A stretch of 64,000 nucleotides of DNA. It comes from an uncultured Enterocloster sp. Its GTDB lineage: Bacteria; Bacillota; Clostridia; Lachnospirales; Lachnospiraceae. The stretch is from NCBI GenBank assembly GCA_944383785.1, contig CALWQV010000002.1, forward strand, positions 25,721 through 89,720, in the 5' to 3' direction. Of the stretch, positions 1-7,203 are shown one piece after another. The translations under genes and the position numbers were made by a program. The notes beneath the pieces were generated by a model, which did no database searches, had not been told where the DNA came from, and worked only from the letters and a program-made list of their open reading frames with translations. The number at the start of each line of letters is the position of its first letter. Within the stretch, counting starts at the first letter, position 1.

Positions 1-302
1 GAGGGAAAGCCCATCTGCAAGCTGATCGCCCGCCCATAGTCTTTGGGAGCAAAGGCCGCACCGAAAGCCTTTACGGATCATATCTTATCCATAAGCAAAA
101 CCGATCGGAGGATTCCCCATGGCTCTTCCCCCGAAAATAACCCGCTCCCTCCAGCGGGCCACCTGCGACAAAATCGCCTTGGACCGGTGCTTTCTGCGGC
201 TTCTCTTCCGCTTCCGCCAGGTGGCCCGGCTGCTGGAGGACGGGGAATATTCCTGCCATTCCAAGGGCTGCGGAAAAAAATAAAAATTTTTCAAAAAAAC
301 TG

Positions 303-331
303 TTGACATTTTATCTCAGAGCGGCTATAAT
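303..331 (+). promoter_or_regulatory. sigma-A type promoter for tRNA-Lys
   Basis: TTGACA (303-308), 17-nt spacer, TATAAT (326-331). An A/T-rich tract at 271-300 could act as an UP element. The tRNA starts 43 nt downstream. Confidence 0.6.
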
Positions 332-373
332 AACGTTCGTGCTCCTGAGGAACACAAGAAAATATACAGATGA

Positions 374-446
374 GCGTCCTTAGCTCAGTTGGTAGAGCAG
401 TAGACTCTTAATCTATTTGTCCAGGGTTCGAGTCCCTGAGGGCGCA
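374..446 (+). tRNA. tRNA-Lys, anticodon CTT
   Basis: Hand-folded cloverleaf of 73 nt. Acceptor GCGTCCT/AGGGCGC (one G-T pair), D arm GCTC-AGTTGGTA-GAGC, anticodon arm GTAGA-CTCTTAA-TCTAT, T arm CAGGG-TTCGAGT-CCCTG, discriminator A. CCA is not encoded. Confidence 0.9.
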
Positions 447-503
447 CTGAAAGGTCTGATTTTGCGGATATTGGAAGCCGCGGGGTCGGACTTTTTTTCG
501 TTT
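404..503. repeat. Direct repeat copy 1 (att-like): anticodon loop to 3' end of tRNA-Lys plus terminator
   Basis: 100 nt that recur at 2732-2830 with 4 substitutions and one T-run length difference. Confidence 0.85.
454..498 (+). terminator. Intrinsic terminator of tRNA-Lys
   Basis: 14-bp stem GTCTGATTTTGCGG (454-467) / CCGCGGGGTCGGAC (478-491) with several G-U pairs, followed by T7 (492-498). Confidence 0.7.
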
Positions 504-539
504 GCGTTTCAGGGAGGAACTCTGAAACCTACGGTTTTA

Positions 540-1199
540 TCAGGTTTTGAAGACCTGATCCAGGTGGGAGAAGCTATTCGCCGCAGCCACCAGTTCATGA
601 GCGAAATGCTCATAGCGTTTGGTGGTTTCTATGCTCCGATGGCCCATTAAAATCCCTAAATCCTGGACACAAGTTGAGCCCGTCCGCTCTAGGCTGTCAA
701 TGCAAAAATTCGTAGCAAAATTGTGCCGGAGCTTGTGAGAAGATAGTTCAAAAGGCAGTTTCCCTTGTAGCCGATACACAAAGAGCCGGACGGCGTTTCC
801 GGAAAGGACATGGCCACGGCGATCTACAAAGGCATATTCCGAATCCTTGTAGGGGCACATGGACAAATATTCATCCAACATCTTTAAAGCAAAATTCCCT
901 ACATGCACAAAGCGGTCTTTATCGCCTTTACCTGTTACCTTCATGACATGACGTTCACGGTCAATATTTACCAACTTCAGACCGCAGACTTCCGCCTGCC
1001 GCAGTCCAGAGTCTAACATCAGAACAATTATAGCACGATCACGGGCAGTAATCCAGGGCACACTCGTTTTCACCATTTCAAGGATCAGCGCAATTTCCCT
1101 ATCACCATAGATATATGGATTCCGTTTCATACGCATTTCCAAAGGGCCCCACAGAAACGCGGGATTTCTGGTAATGTTCAAATAAATCGAAAATAGCAC
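540..1199 (-). CDS. Tyrosine recombinase/integrase, catalytic domain only (N-terminal core-binding domain absent; truncated or FimB/E-size minimal enzyme)
   Basis: Motifs seen: SGLRQAEV (Arg), HKLRHNFAT (HxxR), GHRSIETTKRYEH (His..Tyr). Recognisable similarity starts near NPYIYGDREIALIL (about nt 1121). The upstream part of the ORF overlaps another frame. Confidence 0.7.
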   Translation of the reverse strand: MLFSIYLNITRNPAFLWGPLEMRMKRNPYIYGDREIALILEMVKTSVPWITARDRAIIVLMLDSGLRQAEVCGLKLVNIDRERHVMKVTGKGDKDRFVHVGNFALKMLDEYLSMCPYKDSEYAFVDRRGHVLSGNAVRLFVYRLQGKLPFELSSHKLRHNFATNFCIDSLERTGSTCVQDLGILMGHRSIETTKRYEHFAHELVAAANSFSHLDQVFKT

Positions 1200-1446
1200 T
1201 TCCGGGAGCGTCTACATGAACCTCCATGCCATCACGGCCATCATATAATATCCGAACGCCAGCTTGATTTCTGAGCATTTTATTATAGCCGTTTGAGCCC
1301 TTGGGCTGTTCTGCAAAATCGGTCAGGCTATAGCCCAGCATTTTACAAACATACATAGGGTTACTATGTGTCAGGTCAGTAAAAGACAACCATTCCAGAG
1401 TAATTGATAATTCATTATCTCTTTTTGCATTAATTCCTAATTGCAT
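1102..1446 (-). pseudogene. N-terminal fragment resembling a Rep_trans-type replication initiation factor
   Basis: LEWLSFTD ... GYNKMLRNQAGVRILYDGRDGMEVHVDAPGS resembles the N-terminal block of Rep_trans proteins (recollection, not searched). GGAGG RBS before the ATG at 1446. The ORF runs out of frame into the recombinase gene after about 95 aa. Confidence 0.4.
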
Positions 1447-1815
1447 ACGAAAACCTCCACTATTTTATAAAAGTTTGATGGTCTGGTTTTTCTACCCCCG
1501 TATTACTAAAACGGGCCTTAAACCACTACGGGCCCTATCTCTGCGCCCAATGCCTGCGGCATAGGTTGCCGTCTGCGACGCAGTCAAAACAAGGGCTTGG
1601 AATGAATACTATGCGATTCATACTAAGCCCTTGTTTTGAAATTCATAAGTAAATAATTCCAAGTTCGAGAACTTAACCAAGACACTAGAAATCTATAATT
1701 GACAGACAATTTCCCTTGCAACGCCGCCGATCGGCCACACCTGAAGGTGAAGTTTTCAGAATTATTTCCTCAAAATACAAAAAAGCACCGTTTCCAGTGC
1801 TTTTTCGTAACACCA

Positions 1816-1844
1816 TTGCATTTTCAATGCGACAGTGCTATAAT
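1816..1844 (+). promoter_or_regulatory. Promoter for a short plus-strand RNA (candidate antitoxin sRNA)
   Basis: TTGCAT (1816-1821), 17-nt spacer, extended -10 TGcTATAAT (1836-1844). Confidence 0.45.
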
Positions 1845-1850
1845 CAAATT

Positions 1851-1936
1851 GTAATCAAGAACAACCTTGATTGCCCTTAGTCTAAGACAAAAATAGCAGT
1901 CCTAGCTTGCCAGGCTACATAGGACTGTTATTTTTT
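1851..1936 (+). ncRNA. Candidate antisense sRNA (about 85 nt) convergent with the small toxin-like ORF
   Basis: Runs from the predicted start, about 7 nt after the -10, to the bidirectional terminator (stem 1889-1904 / 1920-1935, T-run 1930-1936). Contains a 7-bp hairpin AATCAAG/CTTGATT. Overlaps the last codons and terminator of the minus-strand ORF. No ORF with an RBS. Confidence 0.35.
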
Positions 1937-2005
1937 GTGTGAATCTATGTACGTCAGGGCTGCGAAAATTACTAAAATAAGCGTTAAAACATCTCCTATT
2001 TCCAT
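1928..2005 (-). CDS. 25-aa hydrophobic peptide, candidate type I toxin (holin-like toxin type)
   Basis: Hand translation: MEIGDVLTLILVIFAALTYIDSHKK. G-rich SD (GGAAGGGGGG) 8 nt upstream. The stop codon lies inside a strong terminator hairpin. One TM helix plus a basic tail. Below the ORF-track cutoff. Confidence 0.45.
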   Translation of the reverse strand: MEIGDVLTLILVIFAALTYIDSHKK

Positions 2006-2075
2006 TTCACATCCCCCCTTCCTTAGTTGATGGGGAAGGGCAATCAACAGTCCTTATAACAATTTGACTTCGTCC

Positions 2076-2104
2076 ATTATATCAACGAGCTAGAGGAAAG
2101 GCAA
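2076..2104 (-). promoter_or_regulatory. Promoter for the toxin-like mRNA
   Basis: On the minus strand: TTGCCT (2104-2099), 17-nt spacer, extended -10 TGaTATAAT (2084-2076). The predicted 5' UTR is about 64 nt and contains CCCTTCCCC, complementary to the SD. Confidence 0.4.
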
Positions 2105-2506
2105 GCTATATTTAACCTACTTCCTCTGGTAAAGCCGGACATTCTCTTGCGGCAATGTCAATCTATAATGCATACAATTCATGCAGTAATCCGAGCAGAT
2201 ACAGCAAACACATGTATGACCTTCAATATAGCGGGAATGATAACTGCAGAAAAGCCGCCGTTCATAACATTGCATATATCGACAAGAGAAGTTCTTACAA
2301 AACTGTCCCATAAAACCTTCTTTGTCGAGATAAGCATAGTTTTATCGTGCCGCAACGCTTCCATGTAATCAAGCGGACGGAAAGGGGAACTGCGTTCCTT
2401 CCCGTCCTCTTGCTCACATTATAGCGTTCTTTTTGTATGTCAAGGGCTGCCCTACGGCGTATCGCCCGCACTTAGGTGCGGGCTTGTCCCTTGACATACA
2501 GCGGCT

Positions 2507-2701
2507 TTATTGTCTGCCGGGAAGAGAAGCATCCAACATCCGGTAATGATCTAAAATCATATTTTGCACCATAGCGGTTTTTGTGATTCCATATCGCTTG
2601 GAATCTGCGTCCAGGCGATCATAAAACTTCTGCGGAATCCAGAAGGAAAGGCGCGCCTTTGGCTCTCTCATACGTCCTCTTTTTAAACAATTTTCATTCA
2701 T
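2507..2701 (-). CDS. Ribbon-helix-helix (CopG/MobC-like) DNA-binding protein
   Basis: KARLSFWIPQKFYDRLDADSKRYGITKTAMVQNMILDHY fits a beta-strand plus two helices RHH pattern. ATG at 2701 has a GGAGGTG RBS 7 nt upstream (the ORF track used TTG at 2716). Confidence 0.55.
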   Translation of the reverse strand: MNENCLKRGRMREPKARLSFWIPQKFYDRLDADSKRYGITKTAMVQNMILDHYRMLDASLPGRQ

Positions 2702-2731
2702 AAAAAGCACCTCCAAACAAAAAATAAAGAA

Positions 2732-2830
2732 ACTCTTAATCTATTTGTTCAGGGTTCGAGTCCCTGAGGGCGCACTGAAAGGTCTGATTTTGCAGATATT
2801 GGGAGCTGCGGGGTCGGACTTTTTTCGTTT
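2732..2830. repeat. Direct repeat copy 2 (att-like): pseudo 3' half of tRNA-Lys plus terminator copy
   Basis: 99 nt matching 404-503. No 5' tRNA half precedes it. Confidence 0.85.
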
Positions 2831-2909
2831 ATAACTTCATGTTATGGTAATTCAGAACTAAACCATTACGCCGCGTTATCACTTTATTTCATTATAGTGC
2901 CATCCGCCA

Positions 2910-2938
2910 TTGACATCCCCCTCAAGATAGAGTATAAT
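2910..2938 (+). promoter_or_regulatory. Consensus sigma-A promoter of the peptide ABC operon
   Basis: TTGACA (2910-2915), 17-nt spacer, TATAAT (2933-2938). Confidence 0.65.
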
Positions 2939-2980
2939 TTTCAGAAACCGCTTTGTTCTTATAGTAAAGACATTTGAACG

Positions 2981-3012
2981 TCCGGAGAAGATAGGCGCCT
3001 CCGGATATTTTT
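2981..3012 (+). terminator. Terminator-like hairpin in the operon leader (possible attenuator)
   Basis: TCCGGAG (2981-2987) / CTCCGGA (2999-3005) followed by TATTTTT. Lies between the promoter and the first start codon. Confidence 0.35.
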
Positions 3013-3041
3013 GCGGCTTTTAATTTATACACTGAGAGGAA

Positions 3042-3965
3042 ATGATTATGGCTCGATATTTTGCAAAGCGCATCGGCATCATGGTCGTGGCGTTGTTTTT
3101 AATCGCCCTTCTGACCTTTGTGATCATGCATTCCATCCCAGGCGGTCCCTTTACCAGCGACCGCAAGGTAAGCCCTGAGGTGGAAGCGGCCCTGAATGCC
3201 AAGTACAACCTGGACGCTCCCCTGCCCCAGCAGTTCCTGGAGTACGTGGGGGGACTTCTTCATGGGGACTTCGGCCCCTCCTACAAATACCCGGGCAAAT
3301 CCGTCAATGACTTCATCTTTAACGGCTTTCCGGTATCCGCGAAGCTGGGCGGCATTACCATCGTCTTCGTACTGTTGGCCGCCATTCCCATGGGCGTGCT
3401 GGCTGCGGTAAAGAACGGCAAATGGGTGGATATGCTGGTAATGGCTTTGGCTACCATCGGAGTAACTATCCCTTCCTTTATTATTGCCTCCCTGCTGATC
3501 TATGTATTTTCCTTCCGCTTAAATCTGCTGCCCACCTACGGTCTCGATACCTGGAAGGGCTATATCCTGCCGGTAGTGGCCCTGGGCGGCTACTCCATCA
3601 GCTATATGGCAAGGCTTATGCGCTCCAGCCTCTTAGAGGTCATGGGCCAGGATTACATCCGCACCGCCAGGGCCAAGGGCCTTTCGGAGGTAAAGGTGGT
3701 CTTTCGGCACGCTATGAGGAACGCCTTAATCCCGGTGATCACCGTGCTGGGCCCTACCATTGCCAATCTGATGACCGGAAGCTTTGTAATTGAGAAGATT
3801 TTCGCCATCCCCGGACTGGGCGGCTATCTGGTCAACAGCGTATCCCAGCGAGATTATACCACCATCATGGGCGTGACCATTTTCTACGCCACTTTCCTAA
3901 TGGTGATGATCTTTGTGGTGGATATCTTCTACTGCCTGATTGATCCCAGAATCAAATACGATTAG
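3042..3965 (+). CDS. Peptide/nickel ABC transporter permease (OppB/DppB type)
   Basis: Six-TM BPD_transp_1-like sequence with the typical N-terminus and C-terminal IDPRIKY. An alternative ATG at 3048 has better spacing to GAGAGGA. Confidence 0.9.
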   Translation: MIMARYFAKRIGIMVVALFLIALLTFVIMHSIPGGPFTSDRKVSPEVEAALNAKYNLDAPLPQQFLEYVGGLLHGDFGPSYKYPGKSVNDFIFNGFPVSAKLGGITIVFVLLAAIPMGVLAAVKNGKWVDMLVMALATIGVTIPSFIIASLLIYVFSFRLNLLPTYGLDTWKGYILPVVALGGYSISYMARLMRSSLLEVMGQDYIRTARAKGLSEVKVVFRHAMRNALIPVITVLGPTIANLMTGSFVIEKIFAIPGLGGYLVNSVSQRDYTTIMGVTIFYATFLMVMIFVVDIFYCLIDPRIKYD

Positions 3966-3980
3966 AGCGAGGTTTTTAAA

Positions 3981-5132
3981 ATGGATAATAAATGGGAGAT
4001 GCTCGCTTCCTCCAGCGAGGAGCGGGAAAAAATATGGTCTAAAAACAGGACCTTCGCCGGAGACGTATGGTTCCGCTTCCGCAGGAAGCCTACGGCCATC
4101 GCCGGCTTTGTGCTGATTATTCTGCTGCTGCTCTTTGCGCTGGCAGGCCCGTTGTTCACCAAATACAGCTACAAGGATCAGGATCTGGAGGTGGTGAATA
4201 TTCCTCCGGTTATGACGGTATTTGACACCCCAGACGGCCAGGGCCACCTGTACATTACCCAGAACCTGAAGGTTCTCTACGTGAATCCCGACGGCACCCT
4301 GGGGGACCAGCTGGAAAAGGTCCGCGAGGAATCGGAGATGGCGATGACCGTCTACGACTACAAGGGGACGGAGGTTGGCCTGTACTACGGCCAGAAGCCT
4401 TACGTGATGGCTGACCCCGCTACCAAGGTGATCTACCCCCAGTCCTCCATACGCAACGGTTCCTATCTTCTGGGAACCGATTCCCTGGGAAGGGACATTC
4501 TCACCCGGCTGATGTACGGCGTCCGGGTTTCCTTGCTGGTGGCCTTTGTAGCGGCCACCGTAAATATGGTCATCGGAATCCTCTACGGGGGAATCTCCGG
4601 CTACCTGGGCGGAAATGTGGACACGGTAATGATGCGTCTGGTGGATATTATTAACACCATCCCCCTGACCCTTTACGTGATCCTGATCATGGTGCTTTTA
4701 GGCTCCGGCCTCCAGAGCATCATCGTGGCCCTGGGAAGCGTTTACTGGGTGGATATGGCCCGGGTGGTGCGGGGCCAGGTTTTAAGCTTAAAGCAGCAGG
4801 AATTTGTGCTGGCGGCCAAGACCATCGGCTCTTCCACCAAAACCATCCTCTTCCAGCACCTGATCCCCAACGCCATGGGCTCCATCCTGGTAACGGTTAC
4901 CATGCTGATCCCCTCCGCCATCTTTATGGAAGCTTTCTTAAGCTTTCTTGGCATAGGCCTTCAGCCCCCTCTTGCCAGTCTGGGAACCATGTGCAATGAT
5001 GCTTCGGCCAACCTCCGGACCAGTCCTTACCAGCTGTTCATTCCGGCCCTTGTGATCTGCCTGATCATGTTTGCCTTTAACTTCGTAGGGGACGGGCTGC
5101 GGGACGCCCTGGACCCGAAGCTCAAGAAATAG
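3981..5132 (+). CDS. Peptide/nickel ABC transporter permease (OppC/DppC type)
   Basis: Long periplasmic loop after TM1. LGTDSLGRDILTRL motif. C-terminal GDGLRDALDPK. Confidence 0.9.
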   Translation: MDNKWEMLASSSEEREKIWSKNRTFAGDVWFRFRRKPTAIAGFVLIILLLLFALAGPLFTKYSYKDQDLEVVNIPPVMTVFDTPDGQGHLYITQNLKVLYVNPDGTLGDQLEKVREESEMAMTVYDYKGTEVGLYYGQKPYVMADPATKVIYPQSSIRNGSYLLGTDSLGRDILTRLMYGVRVSLLVAFVAATVNMVIGILYGGISGYLGGNVDTVMMRLVDIINTIPLTLYVILIMVLLGSGLQSIIVALGSVYWVDMARVVRGQVLSLKQQEFVLAAKTIGSSTKTILFQHLIPNAMGSILVTVTMLIPSAIFMEAFLSFLGIGLQPPLASLGTMCNDASANLRTSPYQLFIPALVICLIMFAFNFVGDGLRDALDPKLKK

Positions 5133-5156
5133 CAACCGCATATAGGAGAAATACAG

Positions 5157-6174
<1,018 letters not shown>

Positions 6175-6182
<8 letters not shown>

Positions 6183-7137
6183 TACGCCTATGCTGGAGGT
6201 AAAGGACCTGACCAAACATTTTAAGGCCGGGCGGGGCCAGGTAGTTCACGCCGTTGACCATGTAAACTTTACCCTGGAAAAAGGAAAAACGCTGGGGCTG
6301 GTAGGCGAGTCCGGCTGCGGCAAATCCAGCTGCGCCAGAACCATTATCCGCATCTACGATCCCACTGAAGGACAGATTTTGCTGGACGGCCAGGACATTA
6401 CCCACATGAAACAGCGGGAGCTGAAGCCTTTGCGCCGGAAAATGCAGATGATCTTCCAGGACCCCTACGCTTCCTTAAACGCCAGAATGACGGTGCGGGA
6501 TATTATTGCGGAGCCCCTTTTGGCCCACGGCATTGTAAAGACCAAGGAGCAGTCCAATGAATACGTTTACCCCATGCTGGAGCGGGTGGGCCTGACCAAG
6601 GAGCACGCCAACCGCTATGCCCACGAATTTTCCGGCGGCCAGCGCCAGAGGGTAGGCATCGCCAGAGCCCTGGTACTGCAGCCGGAATTGGTAATCTGCG
6701 ACGAGCCCATTTCCGCCCTGGACGTATCCATCCAAGCCCAGGTGATCAACCTGTTAAAGGATTTTCAGGAGGAGCGGGGCGTTTCCTACCTGTTTATTGC
6801 CCACGACCTATCCATGGTCCGCTATGTGTCGGATGATGTAGGCGTTATGTATCTTGGACAGCTGGTGGAGGTCTGCGAATCAGACGAGATCTACCGCAAT
6901 CCCCTTCATCCCTACACCAAGGGACTTTTGGGCAGTATCCCCATCGCCAATCCCCGCCAGGCACGGGAGAAGGAAAAGAGCAGCATCGAGGGCGATATTC
7001 CAAGCCCCATAAGTCCCCCTGCGGGCTGCCGTTTCCACACCCGCTGTCCCTTCGCCAAGCCCGTCTGCTCTGAACGAGCCCCGGAGCTAAAGGACGTTGG
7101 GGCGGGCCACATGGTTGCCTGCCATCTGTATCAATAA
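6175..7137 (+). CDS. Oligopeptide ABC ATP-binding protein (OppF type)
   Basis: Walker [30 protein letters not shown] at 6175 sits 8 nt after GGAGG and overlaps the stop of the preceding gene (the track used GTG at 6166). Confidence 0.92.
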
Positions 7138-7203
7138 CCTGTTTGGAACGGCCGGCCAAGGCTGGCCGAACCCATATAAAAATCTTTTAAGGAGGAGAAA
7201 CTT

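Larger units (their letters stand above)
404..2830. mobile_element. Small (about 2.3 kb) degenerate integrative element inserted at the 3' half of tRNA-Lys
   Basis: Flanked by about 100-bp direct repeats of the tRNA 3' half. The recombinase gene sits next to the tRNA-proximal repeat. Also holds a Rep_trans-like fragment, an RHH gene, and an AT-richer interior than the flanks. Confidence 0.65.

Noticed and set aside
1-40. The window opens with gagggaaagccc, superficially like the GAGGAAAGTCC P4 element of RNase P RNA. There is also a possible C-terminal gene fragment ending at 37-39.
   Set aside because: No other RNase P conserved elements (for example the ACAGAA..GGCTTA 3' strand) occur in the following 400 nt. 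A 12-codon fragment cannot be assigned.
43-309. Track ORFs 43-306 (+), 71-259 (-) and 85-309 (-).
   Set aside because: Pro/Gly/Arg-rich compositions typical of wrong-frame translation of GC-rich DNA, with no RBS. They run through the tRNA promoter. Only the shorter frame 119-283 has an RBS, and that one is reported separately at low confidence.
2117-2368. Three mutually overlapping 61-73 aa ORFs on both strands inside the element, including a Cys-rich one.
   Set aside because: No RBS, no recognisable family, and all are mutually exclusive. This may be a decayed gene, but I cannot support a call.
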